Positions 1 to 8,718 of a stretch of 64,000 nt of DNA are shown one piece after another. Source of the stretch: Christensenellaceae bacterium (GTDB lineage: Bacteria > Bacillota > Clostridia > Christensenellales > UBA1242); assembly GCA_031260975.1 (NCBI GenBank), contig JAISKJ010000001.1, positions 5,463-69,462 of the forward strand, read 5' to 3'. The position numbers and the translations under genes were made by a program. Below the pieces are notes generated by a model that worked only from the letters and a program-made list of their open reading frames with translations, ran no database searches and was not told the origin of the DNA. How positions within the stretch are numbered: position 1 is the stretch's first letter; every line of letters starts with the position of its first letter.

Positions 1-1454
1 GCTCCAAACATTTCAGGGTGAAAAGCCTTTGATTTAAACTCCATAGTGTTATAGCCAAAATTATGACCCAAAAAGTGCATTTTCACCTGTTCGGAGGTGT
101 AATAATCCAAAAGCTCCCTAGCTTTAGGCGCCTTATACTTACCGCTGGTAGCGGCTTTTTTGCCGCTCACTAAAATGTGTTTATATGATACGACCGTGCT
201 CATATTAAGGTTCTTAAACTCTTCACCTGCACTCAAAGCTTTAAACATAGCGGGCTGAGCAACATTATAAAAGAATATGTTGTCTTCACCAATAAATTGA
301 TAAGCCTTAGCGTCGCCGCTGCACCAAAAATCCCTTAGAGAATATTTCGAATTGCTTTCCTTAAGATGTGCCTTTACAAACGACAGCGGTGCCCACAGAC
401 TTTCAGGCCACACATAAAACGTAAGCTCCTCTCCTGTGATAGGCACGCCCCACTTTGCATTGCCTGAAATTCTGAACGGTACCAGAGTTTTGCCTGTTCT
501 AAACCTTACACCGTTTGCATTTAAAACTTCTACTGCCCTTTCTCTGTCAGATACCTTGTCAAATTTAAGCGTCAGCACTGTTTTATTTTCAAAAACCTCA
601 TGCTTGGGTAATTCTGCTTTGCAACCTTTATAACCTTCTGTTCCACTCTCATGAATATAAATTTCCGGCACTTTCAAAAACTCGCGCACTTCCTTAAGCA
701 TAGCTTTGCGTGTATCAGAACGCCCTTCTAATTTCTCAATCATCCGCGTCAAATATTCATTATAAACCTCAAGGTCAAAATAATAGTTGTTGACTTCTCT
801 CAAAACCGGTTTAGTTTTAGTGCCTGTGCTCACAGGGTCAATCAACTCGCTAGGCGAATATTGATGCCCCAAAGCGCACTCGTCAGCATAACCCACTTCA
901 CTTTGGCACCCCTCAATAGGGCATTTTCCTTCAACCTGTCTGCCGTTTAAAAAACACTTCGCCTGCTCATCATAAAAACTGAGCGTTGCTAGTTTTTTTA
1001 TATTACCCGTCTTTTTAAAACTGTCAAGAATCTTGTTGGAAATTTCAGTGTGAATATCTCTGGCATCCTTAAGTGCTTTAGTCGCACAAAGACATGACGC
1101 TGAAAATAAGTTGAGTGAAATTCCGTACTTTTTTATCGTCTCTGTCTGAATAACATGAAACTTCATTACCATGTCTTCAACTGTGCCAAAGACTTCTCCT
1201 GCTTCTTTGAGAAGCCTAAATTTTTCTTCGGTTATAGAGCCGTATCCATCGGTACCCGAAACATATATTACGTTTTCATAGCCCAGATTGTCACGTAAAA
1301 ACCTTGCAAAAACATCACTTGAAATAAAAAGTAAAATATGCCCCAGATGCAAATCCTTGTTTCCGTTAGGCATACCCGCAGTCACCACCGCTCTCTTAGG
1401 GAGTTTGGGGCGCTTATCAAAAAGTTCTCCTATAATTTCTTTTACTTTGTCCAT
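1..1454 (-). CDS. metG: class I aminoacyl-tRNA ligase, methionine--tRNA ligase-like (N-terminal part; gene runs off the left edge)
   Basis: My own translation of the minus strand from the ATG at 1454 gives MDKVKEIIGELF...VVTAGMPNGNKDLHLGH (HIGH-type motif), GTDGYGS, the Cys knuckle CPIEGCQSEVGYADEC and YVWPESL. It is absent from the ORF track because it is open at the window edge. Confidence 0.6.
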   Translation of the reverse strand, partial: MDKVKEIIGELFDKRPKLPKRAVVTAGMPNGNKDLHLGHILLFISSDVFARFLRDNLGYENVIYVSGTDGYGSITEEKFRLLKEAGEVFGTVEDMVMKFHVIQTETIKKYGISLNLFSASCLCATKALKDARDIHTEISNKILDSFKKTGNIKKLATLSFYDEQAKCFLNGRQVEGKCPIEGCQSEVGYADECALGHQYSPSELIDPVSTGTKTKPVLREVNNYYFDLEVYNEYLTRMIEKLEGRSDTRKAMLKEVREFLKVPEIYIHESGTEGYKGCKAELPKHEVFENKTVLTLKFDKVSDRERAVEVLNANGVRFRTGKTLVPFRISGNAKWGVPITGEELTFYVWPESLWAPLSFVKAHLKESNSKYSLRDFWCSGDAKAYQFIGEDNIFFYNVAQPAMFKALSAGEEFKNLNMSTVVSYKHILVSGKKAATSGKYKAPKARELLDYYTSEQVKMHFLGHNFGYNTMEFKSKAFHPEMFG

Positions 1455-1546
1455 ATTTTCTCCGTCAAATTATTCTTTATCATTTTTTTCAGGCTTATTC
1501 TTATGGGTTTTGGCTATTTTCTTTTTATATCCTGCCGTTAATTAAA

Positions 1547-2026
1547 TTATCTTTTCTTTTTCAAATCTTCAATAGACTTAACGGGTGAATCCTTAAGGTC
1601 TTTATAAAAATCCAAATCGTCAACACTTTCTGAAATTGACCTTGAAGTTACAGTCGCAGTCTTTGATGTGCCCGCAATCATTGTCGTGACATCCTTTTTG
1701 ATATCAGGCTTTATTGGTTTTATGTTAACAATCTTACTTGCTTTGGTTTTTTCCACTGGCACCACAATCGGTTTTTTGATGGTGGCATAAAACTTGTCAA
1801 ACCACCATTCAGCAATTTTCATAGCAATATCTTGATCGGCCTTACTAAACTTTTCAAAATCGGGCCCTTTTATCAGCGAAACTTCTTTAAGTGACAGGGT
1901 CTTAAGCTTTTTGCCCTCCACCAGCGAATTCCCGGCTCCTTCAGCAAACAGCTCCTGCGGAAGCCTTGAATTTTCATCCTTGACAAACTCCGGCTCAAAC
2001 TTATCCATTATCTTCTTTATATCCAT
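1547..2026 (-). CDS. hypothetical protein
   Basis: ORF 1547..2059. The internal ATG (MDIKKIMDKF) is preceded by AAGGAGG. No recognisable motif. Confidence 0.6.
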   Translation of the reverse strand: MDIKKIMDKFEPEFVKDENSRLPQELFAEGAGNSLVEGKKLKTLSLKEVSLIKGPDFEKFSKADQDIAMKIAEWWFDKFYATIKKPIVVPVEKTKASKIVNIKPIKPDIKKDVTTMIAGTSKTATVTSRSISESVDDLDFYKDLKDSPVKSIEDLKKKR

Positions 2027-2081
2027 TTTAGCCTCCTTGTTGTTTGACAACAAAACCACTCAACCTTCAAATATTCACTCT

Positions 2082-2753
2082 TTATTTTGAAATGCGCTTT
2101 TTTCTTAATTTTTCCCTTAAATAAAACATCCAAACAAGCACAAGCACCTGAAACGCCGCCGCAATAACAAACATCAGCCATAAATAATTTCCGCTTATGC
2201 TCAAAAATACGCTAAGCGCAAGTGACCAGCCAATGACCGAAATCACTATAATGTTAAACAGTTTGTTCCGCCATATTATATTAAAAATATAGAGAACTGT
2301 GGCAGAAATGGGTATAGCGTATATGAATATCAGCCAGAAATTTTCGGGACGCTCTGTAACCCATACAATACACGAATAAATACTAACCGCCATCATCCAT
2401 ACAAAAACAACCGCTAAAACCGAAATAATAAACCGGCGCTTTCTCACGTCCTTCCAATCCATCTTGCCGCTCTTTTCTGCCCTTGTGCTGGGGCTAAGTA
2501 GGGCATCCACCGTGGTTGAATATAGATCAGCAAGTTCCTTTAACGTAGTAACATCAGGAAGCCCTTCACCGCGTTCCCACTTAGAAATGCTTTTGTCTGA
2601 ATATTTTAATTTTTCGGCAAGCTCAAGCTGAGTGAGCCCCGCATGCCTCCTGAATGCCACCAAATTTTTAGCAACGATTTTGGCAAGCACTCTGTCCTTG
2701 CTTTCATTTTCGGTTTTAGGTTCGATTTCAGGCGATTCTTTTATTTCTTCCAT
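2082..2753 (-). CDS. XRE-family HTH regulator fused to a multi-pass membrane domain
   Basis: HTH segment LTQLELAEKLKYSDKSISKWERGEGLPD, followed by about 4 hydrophobic helices. The start is chosen at ATG 2753 (MEEIKESPE); the track start is TTG. Confidence 0.8.
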   Translation of the reverse strand: MEEIKESPEIEPKTENESKDRVLAKIVAKNLVAFRRHAGLTQLELAEKLKYSDKSISKWERGEGLPDVTTLKELADLYSTTVDALLSPSTRAEKSGKMDWKDVRKRRFIISVLAVVFVWMMAVSIYSCIVWVTERPENFWLIFIYAIPISATVLYIFNIIWRNKLFNIIVISVIGWSLALSVFLSISGNYLWLMFVIAAAFQVLVLVWMFYLREKLRKKRISK

Positions 2754-2759
2754 GTGGGT

Positions 2760-2789
2760 ATTATACCATATTATCAAATGCTTTGGCAA
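2760..2789 (-). promoter_or_regulatory. sigma-A type promoter giving a probably leaderless mRNA for the XRE-membrane regulator
   Basis: On the minus strand: TTGCCA (2784-2789), 18 nt spacer, TGgTATAAT (-10 at 2760-2765), then only 6 nt before ATG 2753. No RBS is possible. Confidence 0.5.
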
Positions 2790-2800
2790 ACTATTTTTCA

Positions 2801-2840
2801 AACTCTACTCACACTAGAGTTATGCTTTTTTAACTCTACT
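2801..2840. promoter_or_regulatory. candidate operator: inverted repeat AACTCTA-N7-TAGAGTT plus a third AACTCTAC half-site
   Basis: Read directly at 2801-2821 and 2832-2840, in the divergent region between the XRE regulator and degV. Confidence 0.35.
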
Positions 2841-2942
2841 GCAAGTATACCAAACAGTATAGAAATTTTATGTTAAATTATTTGATTTTTTAAAGCCAAT
2901 TTATTACAATAATAGTACTAAAATATGTCAAGGAGAATTATT

Positions 2943-3785
2943 ATGAAAATAGCAATTTCAGCCGAAACTATGTGCGACCTGTCACCGGAACTTATAAAAA
3001 AATATAATATACACCTTGTCGCTTCAGGTGTAGTTTTGGGTGACGAACATCGACAAGACGGAGAAGTAACTCCTGCCGAAATTTTCAGTTTTGTGACAAA
3101 AACAAAAAAACTGCCCAAAACCAACGCCGTAAACGAAACACAGTTTCATGAACATTTCAGCGCACTTCTCAAAAACTACGACGCAGTGGTACATTTTTCA
3201 ATATCAAATCATTTTTCAACTACCATTGTTCAGGCAAAAGCTGCTGCAGAAAAACTCAGCAATGTTTTTGTAGTTGATTCTCTTAGTTTATCTACCGGCA
3301 TAGGCCTGCTTGCTCTTTGGGGTGCTCAGGAAATAGAACGTAATTCAAATATAACTCCTGAGGAAATTCATAAAAAAGCCAATTCTTTGGCACCAAAAAT
3401 ACAGGCAAGCTTTGTTATTGAACGTTTGGACTATCTATATAAAGGCGGCAGGTGCAACGGTCTACAGTTGCTTGGAGCCAACATATTCGGATTAAAACCA
3501 CAGATATTCTTAAAAGACGGAAAAATGAATGTGGGCAAAAAGTTTAGAGGAAAAATGGATCAGGTCGTAAAACAATACTGCGAAGATATAATACAAAAAA
3601 ACCCTGAGCCCGACCTCACAAACGCTTTTGTGACATATACTACTGCTACACCCGAGATGATAAACGAAGCAAAAACCGCTCTTAAAAAGCTTGGATTTAA
3701 AAATATCTACGAAAGCACTGCAGGTGGCACAATTACCTGTCACTGCGGAGAACACACACTAGGAATACTTTACATAAACAAATAA
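2943..3785 (+). CDS. DegV family fatty-acid-binding protein
   Basis: MKIAISAETMCDLSPELIKKYNI... and ERLDYLYKGGRC are typical of DegV. AAGGAG lies 8 nt upstream of ATG 2943. Confidence 0.85.
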   Translation: MKIAISAETMCDLSPELIKKYNIHLVASGVVLGDEHRQDGEVTPAEIFSFVTKTKKLPKTNAVNETQFHEHFSALLKNYDAVVHFSISNHFSTTIVQAKAAAEKLSNVFVVDSLSLSTGIGLLALWGAQEIERNSNITPEEIHKKANSLAPKIQASFVIERLDYLYKGGRCNGLQLLGANIFGLKPQIFLKDGKMNVGKKFRGKMDQVVKQYCEDIIQKNPEPDLTNAFVTYTTATPEMINEAKTALKKLGFKNIYESTAGGTITCHCGEHTLGILYINK

Positions 3786-3936
3786 CAGATACATCTTACA
3801 GGTCAAAGCCCCGTGTAACAAACAGCAAAAAACTGAGGTGGGTGACCAACTCATCCGCCTCTTTACCCTCCTTAAAAACATACAAAAAACAGCGCAAACA
3901 TCGCTGTTTTTTAATTTTTATTGCAACTATAATTTT

Positions 3937-5565
3937 TTATATTTCGCCGGATAAGGTAACATTTCCCTTGCTTGTGCTTTTTGTTATTACAATCTTTCCT
4001 ATATTATCATTTACTCTTGGGTCGTCCCAGATTGTATAGCCCACCCTATAAGAGTGTGCACCAGACACATAGTCAGGGTCGGATAATGATACCGGACTAA
4101 ACAAACCGTGTGAAGTGTTGGGATTGATTGTTACAGAAGTTGAGCACACCAGCATATATATGTCGCTGCCCACCTTTGAGATTAAATCTATATCATAGCC
4201 TCTGCCCGAAATGGTGCTGCCCTTAACGACATTAATAAACCTCAGTGTCATTTTCTTATCTTTGCCGCTCTCTCCCAAAACCGAAATGGTTACCTTACCT
4301 CTCATATTGTTGGCTTTTATTTCGCCTTCTTTAGTAGTTATGTTAAGCTCATAAGCCGGCGCTGTCTGTTCAAAGGTTATGTCAATTGTGCCGGTCACAG
4401 TGTTGGCCGAAACATTACCTTTTGCACTCCCTACCTTAATGCCGCCCGAAGTAGTGGTAATAATTAAATTTCCAACTGCCTTAGATATAGTCACCTCACC
4501 CTTTCCCGCCTCAATTTCGCTAAGAGCAGGTGTCGTAAGCTCTTCTATAGTATATTTTACTTTAGGCTCTTCACTGTCCATAGGCAGAGACAATATTGTG
4601 CCGTAAACCTTTTTTATATCAATCGTAACATTTGTCGAAAACACCTGCATACCAACCGGACTGCCTTCTGCGCCAAGCTGCCCCACTGTCACAAAGCCCG
4701 TTTTTGATATCACATTCAGGTTGCCGTTTATTATATCCGCCTTAAATCTGGGACCGCCTACGCCTGAGCTTGAAACAATTCTGACGTTTCCGTTTATTGT
4801 GCCGTTCTTTCGTGAGTTGCTTACATCAAACGCACCTGAATTTGTAGCAAACTCTATGCTGGCGTCTATGCTGTTTGTGGTCACCGAGCCTGCGGTGTGA
4901 GCATAATTTTTAAAGCTTGCCGTTCCGCTGTCGGTTTTTAGTATATATCTGTCAAACTTAGGATAATTTATAGTTACATTGCTGCCGCCGCCTTCTATCT
5001 TTGCCATAAAGAGCTTGGTTTCATTTATCGCAAAGCCGCCAACCTCACCCACAAAATCTATCTGACCGCTCTGCGTCTGCACCGAATACAATTTTGGTGT
5101 CATAATTTCAGGCACATATAAAGTAATAGCGTTTTGCTTGGGGAATACCCATCCCTCAGGCTCTTCAAACACCACCATAAGAGTGTTTACGTTATTATAT
5201 GCTCCGCCCGCGTTGTCATTAAACGACCACTGCACAACTTCTGCACTATATGACACTTTAGCACGGTTTACATCCACAAAACCCGAAACGCCTTCTTTAT
5301 AAGAAACAATCAGTTTATCATTTATTTTGTTTGGTTCAATGCTGACTGACATACGGTTGGTTTTTATAAATATAGCATCAACATTTAATATATTTGTTTC
5401 GTCATAAGCAAACTCATGAGACTTATCCAGCTTTATATATCTTACGCCGAATATATTGCTGTTTGGCACAGTCATCAAAACAACGCCGCAGACTAAAACC
5501 GCAGTAATACAAACTCCGATTATAATTCCAAGATACATAAAAAATCTGCCAATAGTCTTTTTCAT
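3937..5565 (-). CDS. membrane-anchored protein with repetitive beta-strand (DUF4097/adhesin-like) body
   Basis: N-terminal TM segment (FFMYLGIIIGVCITAVLVCGVVLM), then Gly/Asn/Thr/Val-rich repeats. GAGGTGG lies before ATG 5565. Confidence 0.65.
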   Translation of the reverse strand: MKKTIGRFFMYLGIIIGVCITAVLVCGVVLMTVPNSNIFGVRYIKLDKSHEFAYDETNILNVDAIFIKTNRMSVSIEPNKINDKLIVSYKEGVSGFVDVNRAKVSYSAEVVQWSFNDNAGGAYNNVNTLMVVFEEPEGWVFPKQNAITLYVPEIMTPKLYSVQTQSGQIDFVGEVGGFAINETKLFMAKIEGGGSNVTINYPKFDRYILKTDSGTASFKNYAHTAGSVTTNSIDASIEFATNSGAFDVSNSRKNGTINGNVRIVSSSGVGGPRFKADIINGNLNVISKTGFVTVGQLGAEGSPVGMQVFSTNVTIDIKKVYGTILSLPMDSEEPKVKYTIEELTTPALSEIEAGKGEVTISKAVGNLIITTTSGGIKVGSAKGNVSANTVTGTIDITFEQTAPAYELNITTKEGEIKANNMRGKVTISVLGESGKDKKMTLRFINVVKGSTISGRGYDIDLISKVGSDIYMLVCSTSVTINPNTSHGLFSPVSLSDPDYVSGAHSYRVGYTIWDDPRVNDNIGKIVITKSTSKGNVTLSGEI

Positions 5566-5659
5566 GTCCACCTCGTTTAAAGTATACAATATTTATCAGC
5601 TTTAGTCAAGAAAGTGTTTTGAATAAAAAACAAGCCCTCATAAGATAAAAATTGTAAAT

Positions 5660-5685
5660 AAAAAGCACAACATTTGTGCCTTTTA
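5660..5685 (-). terminator. rho-independent terminator after 5689..6768
   Basis: The hairpin GGCACAAATGTTGTGC on the minus strand is followed by a T-run. Confidence 0.65.
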
Positions 5686-5688
5686 TTT

Positions 5689-6768
5689 TTATGTCATTCC
5701 CATTTCTGGCTCTTTAATAGGATTACTTTCTGAAACAACTTTCCATCCCATCGCTTCAGCTTCAGATGACAACTTAAAACTCATTTTTATCCCGTTCTCT
5801 TCCCGTGGGTTTTCAGGCTCAACTTGGGCCTTGGGCTGATGCTCAGTCTCTAAAACTCTTTCCTTTTCATATTGCTCCATAGTCATGCCTGCAAGCCTCC
5901 GTTCTTCCTGACTGAGTCCTCCTCCTTCATCTACATATCTGATCGACTGCTCATATCCTTCTATATTCATGTTTTGTGCGGCTGTGCGCTCACTTTCGGG
6001 AATTTTAAAAAGTTTAGCAAGTTCCCTTTTATCACACTCATAACCATACAAACTTATAAGACAACCCAACGAACTCTCCGGTTCATTAAAATACAGATGT
6101 TTAAAATCTTCTATTTGCCACTGCTGCGCAACTGTACGTTTCTCTCTGGGAATCTTTTCAAGTTCTGCAACCTCCTTAGCCAACCAATCAGGAGCTTTTT
6201 CCATAGGCTCAGCAGTTTTCTTATTAAATTCAACAATTTCCTGATCTAGTTTAGCACTTTGCTTATCTAACTCTAGCATTTCCTTAATAAACGGACGGGG
6301 TTTAATTCCTCCCTCAAATATCTTTCTAATTTCTGAGGTTGATATTTTTTTCTCAAACTCCCTTTCCTCATCGGGCGTCGGCTCCGGCTCGCCTTTTTTA
6401 TGCTCCTCTGCCGCGTTTTTTAAAAATGTTTCGTGATTTGGGTTTACTGTCACCTGCGACATAGGCTCTTTGTTATTAATCATGCTTAAAATACGATTAT
6501 AAAGTTTTCTGCCTTTACTCACAGCCTCAACACCCCCTACTCCCCCTTTCTGCTTTACAGTTTTCAAAATTGCACTAGCAACATCAACTCCTACTAAAAG
6601 GTCAGGACCAATTGGGTCAATACTGTTTGTCTTAGCCTTATCAAAAGCCATCTCTAAAATCTTTTCAGCTTCATCCACATCCTTAGTCGGGTCAGTTCTG
6701 ATAATAAGCATTATCACCTTATTGCGCAATCTTATAAGGTCTTCCCACCGATATCCCAAAATACTCAT
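5689..6768 (-). CDS. hypothetical protein with an internal duplicated KIPxxxRTxAQ motif
   Basis: 359-aa ORF with GGAGAG before the ATG and its own promoter and terminator. No family recognised. Confidence 0.7.
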   Translation of the reverse strand: MSILGYRWEDLIRLRNKVIMLIIRTDPTKDVDEAEKILEMAFDKAKTNSIDPIGPDLLVGVDVASAILKTVKQKGGVGGVEAVSKGRKLYNRILSMINNKEPMSQVTVNPNHETFLKNAAEEHKKGEPEPTPDEEREFEKKISTSEIRKIFEGGIKPRPFIKEMLELDKQSAKLDQEIVEFNKKTAEPMEKAPDWLAKEVAELEKIPREKRTVAQQWQIEDFKHLYFNEPESSLGCLISLYGYECDKRELAKLFKIPESERTAAQNMNIEGYEQSIRYVDEGGGLSQEERRLAGMTMEQYEKERVLETEHQPKAQVEPENPREENGIKMSFKLSSEAEAMGWKVVSESNPIKEPEMGMT

Positions 6769-6794
6769 ATAAATTCTCTCCTTTAAACACTAAT

Positions 6795-6826
6795 AGTATA
6801 GCATACTGCCCCCCCCCCCATGTCAA
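6795..6826 (-). promoter_or_regulatory. promoter with a G11 homopolymer in the spacer (drives 5689..6768)
   Basis: On the minus strand: TTGACA (6821-6826), t, a G-run (plus-strand C-run about 6809-6819), cag, then TATGCTATACT (6795-6805). Confidence 0.5.
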
Positions 6827-6835
6827 TATGTAAAC

Positions 6836-6865
6836 GCAAAAAACAGTGTATTAAAATACACTGTC
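6836..6865 (-). terminator. rho-independent terminator after dnaB
   Basis: ACAGTGTA-loop-TACACTGT, then a T-run on the minus strand. Confidence 0.7.
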
Positions 6866-6889
6866 ATTATAATACCCTCTTTTATTTAA

Positions 6890-8335
6890 CTAAAATATAT
6901 CATCAATTTCTTCCGGAACTGGCGGAGGAGGAGGTAGCGGGTCTTCGGGCGGAGGCGGAATATCCTCAGCCTTAGGAATATACTTTTGAGGCTCAGCCCT
7001 GCTGTCAACATCCTTAAACGAAGTAATTTCACCAATCCATCTGAGCTTGACTGTCCCCGTTTCACCGTTTCGGTGCTTGGCTATAATAAGCTCACACACA
7101 CCCGGCGGGTCCTCGCTGACAACATCATTATGCTTGTCAGGGTTATATAAAAACAACACTATGTCGGCATCTTGTTCAATCGCACCGCTTTCTCTCAAGT
7201 CGCTCAGTTGCGGCTTGTGATCCTTTCGGCTCTCAAGTGCACGGCTTAGCTGAGAGAGCAAAATTATCGGCACATTAAGTTCGCGGGCGGCAATTTTCAA
7301 GTTGCGCGTCAGTTCACTTATTTCCTGCTGACGGTTTTCTTTGTTCCTGCTCATGCCGTTCATAAGCTGAAGGTAGTCTATCATAACAAGGTCAAGACCA
7401 TATTTAAGCTTAAGCCATCTGCACTTGCTTAATATATCTACCGGAGTGCTGCCGGACGAGTCGTCTATATAAATCCCCGCTTCACTCAACTTTTTGTTGG
7501 CAGTCCACAAGGCCTTCCAATCGTCCTTAGTGAGCTCTCCGTTAAGCCCCTTGGTCATGCTGATGCCGGCTACGCTAAACAGCGAACGCTGTGCAATCTG
7601 CGTTTTGGGCATTTCAAGTGTAAATACCGCGCACTTCTTTTTATGGTTTAGTGCCGCGTGGTTTATTATATTCATAGCAAAACTTGTCTTTCCCACACCA
7701 GGGCGTGCTGCCAGAAGTATCAGGTCACTGTTTTGAAGCCCTCGAGTTATCTTATCAAGTTCCTTAAATCCGGTGGAAACACCTCTTAGCGCGTTTTTAT
7801 CCCTTGACACCATATCAAGCTTGGCGATAACATCCTGAAGCGGTCTTTCAATTTGCTCTAAGCTGCTGAGCTCATCGCTCTGTGCAATATCAAATATGCA
7901 CTTTTCGGCAAAGGCAATAACATTGTTCTTTTCTTCGTTTGTATAAGCCTTGTCAATAATTTGATTACTGGCTTTAATAAGGTTTCTAAAAACTGAATCG
8001 CGCTTTACAATGTCCACATAATTATCTACGTTGGCAGCACCCGGAACAATATTGGTTAGAGTAGTTATATAGTCAATCCCGCCAACAGCATCCATAGTGC
8101 CCATACGCTCGAGCTCATCGGTAAGTGTCACAAAATCTATGGGGTTATGAGCATTATAAATATGCTCCATAGCATCAAAAATGGTTTTATGTGCTTCGGT
8201 ATAAAAATCCGTAGCCCCTAAGCGCATCATAACACCGATGGATGCCTCATTGTCAATAAGATTACACCCCAGCACCGCCTGCTCGGCTTCAATGTTATGC
8301 GGCATCATTCTTGCTGCTGTTCTTTTCTTCTCCAT
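6890..8335 (-). CDS. dnaB: replicative DNA helicase (DnaB family) with a Pro-rich, acidic C-terminal extension
   Basis: MPHNIEAEQAVLGCNLIDNEA at the N-terminus, Walker A ARPGVGKTSF, and QLSRALESRKDHKPQLSDLRESGAIEQDADIV. Confidence 0.95.
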   Translation of the reverse strand: MEKKRTAARMMPHNIEAEQAVLGCNLIDNEASIGVMMRLGATDFYTEAHKTIFDAMEHIYNAHNPIDFVTLTDELERMGTMDAVGGIDYITTLTNIVPGAANVDNYVDIVKRDSVFRNLIKASNQIIDKAYTNEEKNNVIAFAEKCIFDIAQSDELSSLEQIERPLQDVIAKLDMVSRDKNALRGVSTGFKELDKITRGLQNSDLILLAARPGVGKTSFAMNIINHAALNHKKKCAVFTLEMPKTQIAQRSLFSVAGISMTKGLNGELTKDDWKALWTANKKLSEAGIYIDDSSGSTPVDILSKCRWLKLKYGLDLVMIDYLQLMNGMSRNKENRQQEISELTRNLKIAARELNVPIILLSQLSRALESRKDHKPQLSDLRESGAIEQDADIVLFLYNPDKHNDVVSEDPPGVCELIIAKHRNGETGTVKLRWIGEITSFKDVDSRAEPQKYIPKAEDIPPPPEDPLPPPPPVPEEIDDIF

Positions 8336-8403
8336 AATTTTTCTCCTTTATCTTTCAGCGGCAGTGTGATTTATGAAATTGTGAACACACTTCTGCACTC
8401 ATC

Positions 8404-8718
8404 TTAATCAGAAAATGGGTCACGTTCGTCTTCTTTTGATTTGGGCTTAAGTGCCCTACGCTCGTCAATTTTATTGTATATAATAAGACCGATTAAACAA
8501 GACAACAGTAAAATTCCCAAGTCTATTATAATATACGCCCAAGATTCAAGACCGGTATATGCCTCTATAATAAAGTCAATAACAATCGCAACAGGAACAG
8601 CAAATGCCATTATAAGCAAAAATCTCACGGCATATATTTTGAACAGCAGTTTGTTGTCAATCAGATGCCGCTCACGTTCTTTTCGCAATCTCTCTTTTTC
8701 TGTGTCTTTTTTATTCAT
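8404..8718 (-). CDS. small membrane protein
   Basis: 104-aa ORF with two hydrophobic helices. Its start overlaps the typA stop by 1 nt. Confidence 0.5.
   Translation of the reverse strand: MNKKDTEKERLRKERERHLIDNKLLFKIYAVRFLLIMAFAVPVAIVIDFIIEAYTGLESWAYIIIDLGILLLSCLIGLIIYNKIDERRALKPKSKEDERDPFSD

Noticed and set aside
1455-1546. Possible T-box leader upstream of the metG-like gene.
   Set aside because: The gap is only ~90 nt. There is no specifier or antiterminator architecture and no T-box consensus sequence. The gene is probably co-transcribed with the upstream ORF.
8361-8400. gcagtgtgatttatgaaattgtgaacacacttctgcac as a short copy of the hairpin family.
   Set aside because: It shares only ttatgaaatt and cttctgca with element A, and its stem is just 6-7 bp. 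That is too short to separate from chance in AT-rich DNA.
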